A stretch of DNA of 64,000 bases, taken from positions 9,981 to 73,980 of IMG/VR virus record IMGVR_UViG_3300043754_000046, one strand, 5' to 3'. Position numbers and translations under genes: made by a program. Below are positions 52,026-61,741 of this stretch, piece after piece. Every line of letters starts with the position of its first letter. Within the stretch, counting starts at the first letter, position 1. Under the pieces are notes generated by a model. That model saw only the letters and a program-made list of their open reading frames with translations. It ran no database searches and was not told where the DNA came from. Source of the DNA: a virus.

Positions 52026-54038
52026 CTACGCAGCCGCGATCGTGGTCACGGTTCCGCTGGAGCCCCGGTACTTCAGCGAACCGCCCTGGACGTAGAGCAC
52101 GCCGCCTCCCGTGGGATTTGTGGTCGGCACGGTCGTGGCGTTGGCGATCTGGATTTCACCCGCGCCGTTATCACCGAGAGCTGCGGCTGCACCCACCAGG
52201 AGATTCACGCTGAAGCTGCCGCCGAACGCGTTGATTTGGTCTCCGGCTGCACCGCCGCCCAAGTTTCCGCGTGACATGGTGCCTACGCCATTAAGGTCCA
52301 TGGCACCGACGGACAAAGTGCCCTTGGTGATGAGCGTGTTGGGCCCGATGAGGTTCGGTCCGGAACCTCCGGTCAGCTCTTCCCGAATGAGGGACCGAGT
52401 GACGCCATTCGTCGGCGCTGAAGCGATGGTGTTGCCGACGATGACGTTGTAGGAGGTTCCGTACTCCAGGTGGATTCCGCTGGCCGTGCCCGCCACCCCC
52501 ACCACACCGGGCGAGAATATGGTGTTACCGACGACGTTGCAGTTGGTGGCCGCGAGAAAAATGGAGTCGCCAGCGGTGCCGTCGAAGTTGGAGCCCGTGA
52601 TCCGGGTGTTGGAGGTGTTCTGCACGCGAATACCGATGAACCCGTTGGCACCACCTACGAAATTGCACGCGGTGATGAACTGGGTTCCTGCCAGGTCGTA
52701 GATTCCATAGGGGTTGGTGCCACTACCCCCGAGGAACTCGAAGTCGCAGGCGAGGATGACGTTCTCGTCGTTCGAGGTGAAATAGATTCCGCCACCGTTA
52801 CCGGGGCTCGTCGTAGCGTTGTCGAAGAGGCATCCAATGGCCCTGTTGTTGTGACCGTTGATATTTCCCGTCTGCGGACCAAGGTAGAGCCCCCAGTCGC
52901 GGCAAGCCGTGAAATGCACTCGCCAGAACGTGCACTGGATGGCGCCGATGGCATAAATGCCTCCGCCAGCGGTCTGGTTCGTGCAGTTGCCGTTGATGAC
53001 GAGGTCGGAAAACGTCATGCGCGTGTCGGTGCCAGAGAACTTGAACAGGTAGTCATTGACCCCGTTGGCCAGTTGCAGCACAGTGCTCCACCCGGCGCCG
53101 AGAATCTGCAAGCCCGTCCCACTCGGTACCGAGAGGGGCGAACCGATGATGTAGGTACCACTCGGCAGATACACAACACCATTCGTTCCTGCGGCGGTGA
53201 TAGCTGCCTGAATTGCGGCGGAGTCGTTGGTGACACCATCGCCCTTTGCCCCGTAATCAGTCCTGACGTTGAGGTAGACCTTCTGCATATACCGGGTGTC
53301 GCTCGTGGCCGGGTAGTCCACCAGATTGGCAAGGCGAGGACGGACCATCCGCATCCAGCTCGTGCCATCCCCGATTAGGTCCACCGTCTCGTACTGCGTG
53401 GTGAGCGTCGGATTGACCACCCCGTCCACGGTCGCCGAGATGGTCACCGTGTTGGCCGAACTATCGGTCTTTCGAATCGTTACCCGTGCCCCAGCGGTGT
53501 TGGTCGGCAGCGTCACCGTGATGGCGTTCGAGGCCGCATTGCACTCAAGGAAGTCAAACGTGTTCGCGGTGACCGTAGCGCTTGTGATGGCACGAGGATT
53601 CGCCACCCTGTTGTAGCGGGCGTCCACCTGACCAAGCGGAATATCGTCCGACTCCACATACCAGATCGCGGCAGATGCGGAGTACTGGAGAATCACGCCC
53701 TGGTTCAGCAGCGACAGGGTTATGGACGTCTGTCCCCCGGCCTTGTTGAACACATCCGCCCCGCCTGTCTGGACGGTCACCGTGTTCGTCCCAGTTGTGT
53801 TGATGGCCTTGACTCCTATGACCGCCCGATCCGCAGGGGCGGTCGGCAGAGTGACCGTCACACTGCCGCCGGAGGCATCAACTGGAACAAAGTCGCGGGG
53901 GCTGGCTGTGTAAGCGGACACCTTCACCGGAGTAGGTATGAGCGCCTCGGCCTTATCCTGGTCGAGGTTAACCAGGTCTTGATTGAGAACCGTGGCCCAT
54001 CCAAGCTGACCAGGAACCGGGACCGTTACATCGCTCAT
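52026..54038 (-). CDS. Second virion spike/appendage with a pectate-lyase-like beta-helix
   Basis: NVRTDYGAKGDGVTNDSAAIQAAI...GTY; two tandem VTVTLP...V.V..D N-terminal modules. Confidence 0.8.
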   Translation of the reverse strand: MSDVTVPVPGQLGWATVLNQDLVNLDQDKAEALIPTPVKVSAYTASPRDFVPVDASGGSVTVTLPTAPADRAVIGVKAINTTGTNTVTVQTGGADVFNKAGGQTSITLSLLNQGVILQYSASAAIWYVESDDIPLGQVDARYNRVANPRAITSATVTANTFDFLECNAASNAITVTLPTNTAGARVTIRKTDSSANTVTISATVDGVVNPTLTTQYETVDLIGDGTSWMRMVRPRLANLVDYPATSDTRYMQKVYLNVRTDYGAKGDGVTNDSAAIQAAITAAGTNGVVYLPSGTYIIGSPLSVPSGTGLQILGAGWSTVLQLANGVNDYLFKFSGTDTRMTFSDLVINGNCTNQTAGGGIYAIGAIQCTFWRVHFTACRDWGLYLGPQTGNINGHNNRAIGCLFDNATTSPGNGGGIYFTSNDENVILACDFEFLGGSGTNPYGIYDLAGTQFITACNFVGGANGFIGIRVQNTSNTRITGSNFDGTAGDSIFLAATNCNVVGNTIFSPGVVGVAGTASGIHLEYGTSYNVIVGNTIASAPTNGVTRSLIREELTGGSGPNLIGPNTLITKGTLSVGAMDLNGVGTMSRGNLGGGAAGDQINAFGGSFSVNLLVGAAAALGDNGAGEIQIANATTVPTTNPTGGGVLYVQGGSLKYRGSSGTVTTIAAA

Positions 54039-54041
54039 TCT

Positions 54042-54674
54042 CTACTCTCCATAGTCGGTATCTCCGTAGTCGCCTGTTCCATAGCCGGAGGGCGAGCCAC
54101 CATACGGACCTTCGCCGTAGCCGCCATAGCCATACGTGCCTACGCCAGCACCGATCGCCATGGGATCAACCGCGTACTGCGAGAATTGAGCGTCGTCAGC
54201 GATCTCATCCGATTTCAACTGTACGGCGTTGATCTCGACAATTAGATAGTTCCGAACCAGCTTCCCCTCCGTGGCCATCCCCAGGATCCGAAAAAGCTTG
54301 TCGTTGTACGCGAACCGATCGCGCAGATAAGAGCCGTTCCGAAGGTCGATCCACCGCAAGCCTGTGCGAGAAAGCTGTCGAAAACCACAGGTAACGTGGA
54401 TGGTGTCGTTCGTGTAGAAACCCTTCTCATCAAGCTCGTCCTCCCCCATGTTCTGAATGACATGCAGGACGGGGACCTCAACAGGACCTTTGAAAGACCT
54501 ACCGGTACCGATCGACTCGTCGTAGATATTACTCTCCTGCGAGCTCGCGAAGTCGAACCGGTAATACGTGATTATGTCACCGAAGGCAGGCTGAAAGCCC
54601 CGCAGAGCATCCCCGATCCTCTGGGTCTCCAGCTCCGCACCCCACCGGCCGCGCTTCCAATCAAGGCGTCCCAT
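54042..54674 (-). CDS. Neck / head-closure protein with a YG-rich tail
   Basis: Position after the head-tail connector; DRFAYNDKLFRI; C-terminal YGYGGYGEGPYGG...YG repeats. Confidence 0.65.
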   Translation of the reverse strand: MGRLDWKRGRWGAELETQRIGDALRGFQPAFGDIITYYRFDFASSQESNIYDESIGTGRSFKGPVEVPVLHVIQNMGEDELDEKGFYTNDTIHVTCGFRQLSRTGLRWIDLRNGSYLRDRFAYNDKLFRILGMATEGKLVRNYLIVEINAVQLKSDEIADDAQFSQYAVDPMAIGAGVGTYGYGGYGEGPYGGSPSGYGTGDYGDTDYGE

Positions 54675-54677
54675 GGC

Positions 54678-55505
54678 TCACCACCAGCCCCAGTAGGCGA
54701 TGCTCGGGATATTCGAGTCGTCTTCGTTCCGGGAATCGATCTGCGGAATCTTCCGAACTGGCAGGCTGAAATCGTCGTATTCCTGCTCTTTGAAGGTGGG
54801 CACGAGCCTGCCGGTCGTCCGGGAGACCCGGCGCAGGTCGAACATCTCGATGCGCGCCATGCCAACGTTCAACTGGGCGCAGATATCCGTGTATCGCTGC
54901 TGGACGAGACCGAGCTGATGAATGATCTGCTCGTAGCGCTGCTGGCGCGGGATGTGCGTCCCGTCCGACGTCGTGACATCCACGTCCCCGGACGCGTCAG
55001 TGGCGAGCACCCAGAGGGCGTTGACGACCGTCAGCAGAGTCAGAGGTAGCTCTTCGACCGCCGGGAGGGTTTCCAGCGTCAGCGGCTGATCCTGATAGCG
55101 GATGAACCCGTTGACGTCACGGAATCGGGAACGGATCGTCCGCCCGTTGGTGTGCTGGAGAAGAGCCTCGTTGAGGAGTTGCGTCAGATCGGCATCAGTG
55201 AACATCCCGAACGATTGGCCCTGCACGACCAACGTCACGCCGTCCGGGAGAGGGGCATACGTGCCAGCCATGATGATCCGGCCCGCGCGGACGTCCAGCG
55301 TGTAGTTCGCCGGACTGGACAGCGTGGTAGTGACCCCGACGTTGGTTGCCGTGACGCTTAGTGGAGTGGTGACATTGTTGACATTGATGACCGACAGGTC
55401 ATACGAGTCCAGTTCTCCTGTCCCCAGAAACACATCACGAAAGGGCGCGCCAAAGTCTCCGAGCTCAGTCCGTGCTCGGGACAACAGAGTTGGAATGTCG
55501 GCCAT
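54678..55505 (-). CDS. Head-tail connector / neck protein
   Basis: LSRARTELGD, FTDADL, A.D.DV...DG..IPR.QRY.Q; gene order. Confidence 0.65.
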   Translation of the reverse strand: MADIPTLLSRARTELGDFGAPFRDVFLGTGELDSYDLSVINVNNVTTPLSVTATNVGVTTTLSSPANYTLDVRAGRIIMAGTYAPLPDGVTLVVQGQSFGMFTDADLTQLLNEALLQHTNGRTIRSRFRDVNGFIRYQDQPLTLETLPAVEELPLTLLTVVNALWVLATDASGDVDVTTSDGTHIPRQQRYEQIIHQLGLVQQRYTDICAQLNVGMARIEMFDLRRVSRTTGRLVPTFKEQEYDDFSLPVRKIPQIDSRNEDDSNIPSIAYWGWW

Positions 55506-55571
55506 CGCCCACCACTCGTATCCGGGACATCTGGAGGCCGAATACGAGTAGTGCTGCGAATGGCCACTTTC

Positions 55572-55601
55572 AGTTTATGAGTTGCTAGCCAAGATTCAGT
55601 A
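55572..55601 (-). promoter_or_regulatory. Putative late promoter G (TACT-N20-TAAACT)
   Basis: TACTGAATCTTGGCTAGCAACTCA-TAAACT upstream of the neck gene. Confidence 0.45.
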
Positions 55602-56481
55602 CGAGAGAGCCGGGGTTGATCTGAAGGCTCTGATTCTGCGCAGCCTGTCCAGGCTGGTCGAATTGCCACCACGCCAACACTGTCGGCTGGAGAGTCGCGA
55701 TCAGAGCCATGGTGTCGAAATAGAAGAGCTGAGAAGACCCCGTTGCCTGAGGCCGGAGAACAAGCTTGGCCGTCGCAGCATTGGACGGTGCCACACCGCT
55801 CACCGTGTACTGCGCCCAGGTGCTACCGGCCGCCACCGTCGCCGACGCCGAGCTGGCGGAGATGAAGTTGGCCCCAGCGTCGTACCACCACAGCTCGACC
55901 TTGACCGTGATTCCGCTGGCCGGGGCGTAGCACCACGCCGACCCCTGGTAGGTCGTCCCCGGGTTGATCGCCACGCCAGTCGCGAGCGCGGCCTGCGTGT
56001 CCCCCGAGGCGGTCGCAGTCACCAGCAGGGAGTGAGTGCCCGAGTGTGCCTGCGCTGTCGACTGTGCAACAGTCGCATTCAGGGCCGCCGACCAGGCCGT
56101 GGCGTCGGTCTCGATGTCGCCCGCGTTGGTGCTGAGCAGGGTCGTGTTTGAGGGGATCGACGTGCCGATCAGCGCCGCGTAGGTAGCCGGGTACTGGAGC
56201 CCGATAGTGGCAGTGAAGGGCCCGTACAGGATGGTGTTGGAGTTGGAGATCGTTGACGGCTGTCCTGCCGTCGGGTCCGTCGCCAGCGCCCACGTGACGG
56301 TCTGCCGGGCGTAGCCCACACTCGTGACCTCAGTGATCTGCGTTGTCGAGGGGTTACTCGGGGGCGCCGCAGTGAGCAGGGCAAGCTGCATCGTCTGCGT
56401 GGTCGTGCCGAGGCTGAGAGCTGTCCCTGTGAGGTAGTTGAGCGCAGCGATTGCCGCAGCACCCGTCAGGCCGCCACTCAT
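55585..56481 (-). CDS. Virion structural protein with an inserted CBM4/9-like domain
   Basis: EV...GYARQ.VTW...SNSNTI..G shell interrupted by DIE.DATAWSA...AHSG.HSL...YFD. Confidence 0.65.
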   Translation of the reverse strand: MSGGLTGAAAIAALNYLTGTALSLGTTTQTMQLALLTAAPPSNPSTTQITEVTSVGYARQTVTWALATDPTAGQPSTISNSNTILYGPFTATIGLQYPATYAALIGTSIPSNTTLLSTNAGDIETDATAWSAALNATVAQSTAQAHSGTHSLLVTATASGDTQAALATGVAINPGTTYQGSAWCYAPASGITVKVELWWYDAGANFISASSASATVAAGSTWAQYTVSGVAPSNAATAKLVLRPQATGSSQLFYFDTMALIATLQPTVLAWWQFDQPGQAAQNQSLQINPGSLVLNLG

Positions 56482-56765
56482 CCGCTCCCCCCTGGCGTGA
56501 ACAGAGCGAGGAAGTCGGGCTCCGGGTAGGCGAGGATCCGCGACGTCGGCGTGGAGATCACGTTCCCATTCGCGTCCCGCGTCTCCAGGTCATAGCTATA
56601 GGTGGCGACCACGGTGTTGTCAGACGTCCAGCACACGCCAGGCGAGTACGGGGGCAGCAGCTCATCGATCGTCACCTGCGCACCCGCCGGGATGGATCCC
56701 ACACCGGTCCCCAGGCCCTCCGCAGGGATCAGCGTCCAGGCGTCGCCCGGATTGATAGCGGTCAC
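56478..56765 (-). CDS. Hypothetical protein (95 aa)
   Basis: Overlapping start and stop with both neighbours in the head module. Confidence 0.7.
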   Translation of the reverse strand: MTAINPGDAWTLIPAEGLGTGVGSIPAGAQVTIDELLPPYSPGVCWTSDNTVVATYSYDLETRDANGNVISTPTSRILAYPEPDFLALFTPGGSG

Positions 56766-57118
56766 GCCCAGACCAGGCCCTTCGAGAGGAAGTGCTCGGC
56801 CACGTGCGCCGGGAGGTCGTAGGTGCGGCCCTCTTCGAGCGAAAAATTGTTGCCACGCCCCACGGTGGCATCGAAGGTCGCCAGGGACCGCACGCGCATC
56901 TTGGCCTTCTTGACTTCCACGCCGTCGACCTGCTCCGTCCTTTCGGGGCCCGTGAGGTCAACCGGCTCCAGCCTCTCGGCATCCGCCACAGCCTGAATCA
57001 TGGTCATCTGCCGGGACTTCTCGGCGAGTTCCTCAGCATGCTCCTTCTGGAGCGCCTCGGTACGGATACCAGTAAGGTCACCAGCACGCTTTTGACGAGG
57101 AGGCATCTTGTTCTCCAA
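56762..57118 (-). CDS. Hypothetical head-module protein (118 aa)
   Basis: Directly after the capsid gene; the start may be the downstream ATG (MPPRQ). Confidence 0.7.
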   Translation of the reverse strand: MENKMPPRQKRAGDLTGIRTEALQKEHAEELAEKSRQMTMIQAVADAERLEPVDLTGPERTEQVDGVEVKKAKMRVRSLATFDATVGRGNNFSLEEGRTYDLPAHVAEHFLSKGLVWA

Positions 57119-57175
57119 TGGTGTGTTCGATCTTCCACATCAAGGGTGACGTGGATGGATGGGATGGTGGTAGTG

Positions 57176-57196
57176 GGGGCCCGCTAAACGGGCCCC
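57176..57196 (-). terminator. Hairpin after the major capsid gene
   Basis: GGGGCCCG-CTAAA-CGGGCCCC on the plus strand; no U-tract. Confidence 0.45.
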
Positions 57197-57210
57197 TTAA
57201 CCGTCCTGCC

Positions 57211-58495
57211 TCAGTTGGTCTGGCTGATGACGACAGCCTGGTCAGTAATGAGACCGAGGCCCCAGATGGCATACCAGGCCAGCGCGTGCTCGCGGCCGAA
57301 GTCGAGCACGCCACCATCGCGGAGCTCCACCGGAAGGCTGATAGCGTGACCGAAGGCATTGTCACCGATCGAGATGGCTTCATAAACCGTCGCCGGGTTA
57401 GAAGAGTTCCCGTTGGAGATCTGCGTGACCTGCGTAGTCTCGACAAAGATCTGATCGTTGATCCTGCCGATTTCGCCGATCATAAACTGGCCCGGCTGCG
57501 CGTACTTGGTGACCTCGATCCAAGAAGGATCTTCACGCAGAACGCGCGACTGATGCGGGTGAACAAAGGTCACGTAGGAGTCCCCAATTCTCGGGACGTT
57601 CTTCGTCGCCAGTGTCTCGGTGATATCGAGCGTGAGGCCGGTGGTAAACCCGTAGGCACCGGTCAGAGCCGAAGTCGAGGCCGCCGCAGAACCGAGGTCA
57701 TAAGGCGACAGCGGAGTACGCGAAGACTCCGTCAGGGCCATCTTGTTGTACCCGTAAAGTACCGAGCTTGCCTGGAGAAGAGTGTCACGACTCTGCTGGT
57801 CGAGCCACATGGCCATGTTGCGCCCGAGCAGCCGGGAAGCCGTCGCCATAACGTCGTCAAAGGACGAGTTAAGCAGGAGCTCCGAGACGGCGATTGCCAT
57901 TCCGTGCTCCGCGACCGTAATCGAGAACATGGAAGCAGCAAGCGCATTGGTCTGCATGCGAACACCTTCAACGAGCTGGCTCGCCGAGGGCAGGTTGTTG
58001 TAACGGGCGAAGTTGACGGTCAGACCCGGCTGGACACCCAATTCAGTCTTCTTGCAGGCTGTTACCCCGTACCCGAAGGTACGTGGACCGGTCATTTCTG
58101 CCGGTCTCCTACGGTTTTCCATACCGTAGGCCCAGACTATATCTTCATCTCCAGTTCTGACCTACTGTCCACCTAAAGGTCAGTCCTGTTGGAGATGCCT
58201 CCCGTGTAGTCGTTACGGAGTCCCAGGTGTGGGTTCCCTCGGTATTCCCCGTTGCTGCGATCGAGTGCTACGAGGAGGAGGGGTTCACCGATACAGGGTG
58301 GTTTTCACTCGCCGGTCACCCGACGAGGCGGCCAATTCAAACCGCGAACTGCTCGAAGCGCAGAATGGGCATGCTCTGGAAGAGAATTTCCTTCGACCAG
58401 ATGGTCTGGATGACCGGGGTGAGCTGAGAGTTCGCCCCGGAGTAGTTGGTCGGGTTGGCACTCAGGAACTGAGTGCCGGTGATAGCGCTAGCCAT
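57211..58495 (-). CDS. Major capsid protein, two exons (58495-58341 and 58054-57211; 332 aa spliced)
   Basis: Exon 1 MASAITGTQF...LRFEQFA follows AGGAGG; joining GT|C gives FAV-KKTELGVQPGLTVNF; exon 2 has EHGMAIAVSELL, VHPHQ, GEIGRI, DFGREH.LAWY capsid motifs. Confidence 0.9.
58055..58340 (-). ncRNA. Group I self-splicing intron, 286 nt, no ORF
   Basis: 5' exon ends in U, intron ends in G; P1 GCGGU/GCCGC; P2 with GUGA loop; P4 UCGGU/ACCGA; P7 GACUA/UAGUC within ACGACUA and AAGAUAUAGUC; P8 CAUCUCCA/UGGAGAUG; three P9 hairpins. Confidence 0.93.
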
Positions 58496-58527
58496 CTAGC
58501 GCCTCCTTTACAGAACTCGTGTCGGCT

Positions 58528-59301
58528 TTAGCCGAACAACCCTCGATTACGGCTGTCGGAGCCGCCCAAGAAGCGTCCTCGAATCTTCTCGGCGTACTCC
58601 CTCGGACTCATGGCCTTGATCTCCTCGACACTGTAGTTCTTTGTGCCGGGGAGCATGTCCATGGGGCCAGTTGTAGCGAATCCGGCCGGTGAGACACCCT
58701 GCTGTTGGGCGGCGAGCTGCTGCTGCTTAGCACGAACACTTTCTGCGATGGCAATACTCTTGGCCTTGAGCGTCTCAATAGAGGAGTCGACCTCCTCTGG
58801 AGAATTACCGGTCACCAGGTCCAGAAGCTCGGGCGCGATGCTGTCCTTCTCCTGGGCCACTCGCTGCTGGATGTAGTCCCGAAGCTGAGCGAACTCGCGT
58901 TCCTTCTGGAGCGCGGCGTCCTTGAGCTGTGCCTCTTGACGGATCTCGTCCAGCTCGGCCTGCCACTCCCGCTGGCGCTCCTCCAGGAGCTCCTTGGCGG
59001 TCATCTCGGCCTCTCGGCTGGCCTTAGCCTGCTGATCTGCCTGCTCACGTGCGGCGGATTCACGGGCTTCCCGCTCCTCGCGTTCCTTACGAAGGGCTTC
59101 CAGCTCGGCCTGAACGCTGTCGAACTGAGAGACACGCTGGGAGAGCTTCTCAATCTCTCCGTAGAGCTTGGCCTTCTCCTGCTGCCGGACCCTCTCCAGG
59201 TCTTCCTCGGTGAAAGTTTTCGGCGCGGGAGGCTGGGTGGCGTTGGTGACAGTAATGGACTGGCCCGACGGGTCAGCCGGGTCAACGGTCGGAACGGGCA
59301 T
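58528..59301 (-). CDS. Capsid scaffolding protein
   Basis: KTFTEEDLERVRQQEK.KLY, long coiled coil, IAPELLDLV.G.SPEE; between the portal and capsid genes. Confidence 0.85.
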   Translation of the reverse strand: MPVPTVDPADPSGQSITVTNATQPPAPKTFTEEDLERVRQQEKAKLYGEIEKLSQRVSQFDSVQAELEALRKEREEREARESAAREQADQQAKASREAEMTAKELLEERQREWQAELDEIRQEAQLKDAALQKEREFAQLRDYIQQRVAQEKDSIAPELLDLVTGNSPEEVDSSIETLKAKSIAIAESVRAKQQQLAAQQQGVSPAGFATTGPMDMLPGTKNYSVEEIKAMSPREYAEKIRGRFLGGSDSRNRGLFG

Positions 59302-59320
59302 GCCTCGACTCCTACTACGT

Positions 59321-61015
59321 CTATTTCTCCGAAGTAGGCTTCGGGGGCGTTCTCGTCCCGGCCGCCTGTGTCACGAGTTCTGTCAGGATGTTGTGTGCGT
59401 CATCTTGTGGCGCCAAGCCCAAATCCATCGGGCTCGATGCCGGTTGCGTCTCCGTTGCCGGAGAAGCGGGGTCAGGAGTGTCCACCCCTTCGGGCGGAAT
59501 CCCCGTCTCCTGGAGAATAGCACTGTGGATTTGACTCCTTAGCATATCCAGAGCGCCCTGCTCCTTGACGTCCTGGAGCAGCTCAGTAAATATCTCTGCC
59601 ATCTTTTCGTCCGGGAATTCCTCACCCAAGTCCTTGAGAGCCCCACGCTTCGACTCCAGACCCAGCTCCATCTTCATCTGAATCTCGTTGAGCTTGACCA
59701 AGACATCGACCGGCAGCGGCGGAGGCCACTCGCAGACGGTGAGGTAAACCTCGGGGTCTCTTGGGTCTATCTCTTCGTCCTGACCGTCCTGGATGATGCC
59801 CTCAGTATCGGGGTTGTACCGAAGTGAGTCAGGCTCGAAAAGGAACAGCGTGCGCAACGCCAGCTCGTTGATCTTCCTGAAACCGGTACCGTACACCCGC
59901 TTCTTCAGGTTGTACCTGTGCATCATGGGCTGGTACTGGATTGCGAGGGCCACGCCGCTCGTATTCGACACGGCCTGCACCTGGCCGAGTGCCGTCTCTG
60001 GGACACCCGTCATTTCGTGCATCATGCGCTTGATCTGTTCAAGCAGAGCGATAGGTCCGTCGAGGTCGTCCAAGCTTTGCAGATTGGAGATGGAAGCATC
60101 CTTGTTAGGAATCGACCAGACTTTCTTAGCGCCGCGCTCAAGGTTCGCTGCCTTGGCGCCGACCACCACTGTTACAGGCTCTGCGTGGTACGCCACGATC
60201 TCAGCGATCTGAGTTGCCGTCTCGTTGTACTGACGGTTCAGACCGAGGATGTCCTGCATGTCGCTGAGGCCCCAGGGTGAGCCGGGAACCGGCATGTTAG
60301 GAATGTGGACGATAGGTATCTGCCCAAGAGGGTTGGGGCGGGGGTTCTGAATGCCCGGTCCCTCGATCAGTTGGTCATTGATGTACTCGGCTATGGACTC
60401 GTCCGTGATGACTTCACTGTAGGTGTAGGCCTGTCGAGTTCCATCTGTTCCGATGCCCCAAAAGCGGTAGCGGAGTTTAAAGGAAATCAATCTCTCGCGG
60501 TCGTGCGGATGCCATTGCGGGAAGCAGAAGCTGGCGGTCAGCGGCAGGATGCGAACTCGGCCTGGATGCTTGTTCCCTGCCGGATCGGTCCACTCCGGAT
60601 CATAGGCAACCTTGACGAACGAGTCTCCACTTACGGAACCCTGAAGACCGATCTCCCAGGTGAGCTGATCCTTGTCGTTGTCGATTTCCCAGATTCTCTT
60701 CAGCAGTGCCGGGGTGATGTGCTGGTACTTCTTGTTCTCGGCCTGGAAGTGGATCCCTCTGCCAAATGTGAAATTGACGGCGAATTCCGTGAGGGCGCGG
60801 CTGTAGTTTGCAGTGAGCTGCACTTCCCCTGGAGCTGCTCGGTAGGCCCACATGTAGCCGAGGTAGGCAGCCCAATAGCTGGAATACCTGGCCATGCGCT
60901 GGCCGTTTACTTCATATTCCTCGTCGCTAAGCTCGACCAGGCCCAGGGGGCTGACGCTGACAGCCAGGTCGCTCGCTTGAGCTCGCATGGCCGGAGGAGC
61001 AAAGGAAATACTCAC
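59321..61015 (-). CDS. Portal protein (SPP1-like)
   Basis: 564 aa; NYSRAL, GDSFVKV, NPLGQIPIVHIPN, WGLSD, SGVAL.I.Y. Confidence 0.9.
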   Translation of the reverse strand: MSISFAPPAMRAQASDLAVSVSPLGLVELSDEEYEVNGQRMARYSSYWAAYLGYMWAYRAAPGEVQLTANYSRALTEFAVNFTFGRGIHFQAENKKYQHITPALLKRIWEIDNDKDQLTWEIGLQGSVSGDSFVKVAYDPEWTDPAGNKHPGRVRILPLTASFCFPQWHPHDRERLISFKLRYRFWGIGTDGTRQAYTYSEVITDESIAEYINDQLIEGPGIQNPRPNPLGQIPIVHIPNMPVPGSPWGLSDMQDILGLNRQYNETATQIAEIVAYHAEPVTVVVGAKAANLERGAKKVWSIPNKDASISNLQSLDDLDGPIALLEQIKRMMHEMTGVPETALGQVQAVSNTSGVALAIQYQPMMHRYNLKKRVYGTGFRKINELALRTLFLFEPDSLRYNPDTEGIIQDGQDEEIDPRDPEVYLTVCEWPPPLPVDVLVKLNEIQMKMELGLESKRGALKDLGEEFPDEKMAEIFTELLQDVKEQGALDMLRSQIHSAILQETGIPPEGVDTPDPASPATETQPASSPMDLGLAPQDDAHNILTELVTQAAGTRTPPKPTSEK

Positions 61016-61179
61016 GTCGTCGCCTCTTCGTCAGCGGATCCCGATAACGGCGAGTGCAACGAGATGTGATCAACGATTCGCCAGGTTTCATCCTCGCATG
61101 GGTTATTGGTGTTCTGGTAAGCTCACTACCCAAGGCTCTGGTGGACCGCTCGAAGACGTTACTAGAGCTCAGATACAGA

Positions 61180-61204
61180 AAGGCCCCCGGAATCCGGGGG
61201 CCTT
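61180..61204 (-). terminator. Rho-independent terminator
   Basis: AAGGCCCCCGG-ATT-CCGGGGGCCTT followed by TCTGTAT on the minus strand. Confidence 0.7.
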
Positions 61205-61218
61205 CTCTATGCCACGGA

Positions 61219-61704
61219 TCAGGTGACGGTCCAGGCAGACGAGGCAGCGCTGGGCACATTGGTGACAGCGCCGACTGCGATGACAACGGCGGTGTCCGAG
61301 TGACCAACAGTCAGACCAGGCACGTTCACGGTGGTCGCGTTGGTGCCTGCGGTCACGCTGGTGACGGCGCCGGTCGTACCGTCGGTCACGTTGACCTTGT
61401 AGCCCTGGCTCGGCAGATTGGCGCCGGGGGTCCAGGTGACCTTGCCCGTACCTGAAGTACCAGAGGTAGCGAGAGCAACAGCCGTCGGCTGGGACGGCGG
61501 CGTGAACCGCTCAGGGGCGTTAACGCTCTGAGAGGTGTTGTTGCCATAGGCCTGGGGCGGCATCTGGCTCACGTCGTAGCCGAGCGCGCTCATCTGGGTC
61601 GTCCAGGCGGTCTCGGTGTTCGTGTAGCTCGTAATGGGCGGGGTGCCGTCATTCTGAGACGACCCCGACGAGGGCGGGGTGTAGCCCGGCCAGGGAGTAC
61701 CCAT
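61219..61704 (-). CDS. Fibronectin type III domain protein
   Basis: PSQPTAV...VTWTP...GYKVNV...V.VPGLT.G...V.AV...SAASSAW.V; ATG 61704 after AGGA. Confidence 0.75.
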   Translation of the reverse strand: MGTPWPGYTPPSSGSSQNDGTPPITSYTNTETAWTTQMSALGYDVSQMPPQAYGNNTSQSVNAPERFTPPSQPTAVALATSGTSGTGKVTWTPGANLPSQGYKVNVTDGTTGAVTSVTAGTNATTVNVPGLTVGHSDTAVVIAVGAVTNVPSAASSAWTVT

Positions 61705-61741
61705 GTTTCCTGCTTTCTCTAAGCGTTGGGGATTCCGGTGA

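Noticed and set aside
58055-58122. ORF-track N-terminus of the capsid protein (MENRRRPAEMTG...)
   Set aside because: These codons are intron P9 hairpins; the real start with a strong RBS is at 58495.
61016-61179. Structured RNA or late promoter in the 165-nt gap before the portal gene
   Set aside because: TAAC and TANNCT-like words are present but not in the 24-nt register, and I found no convincing fold.
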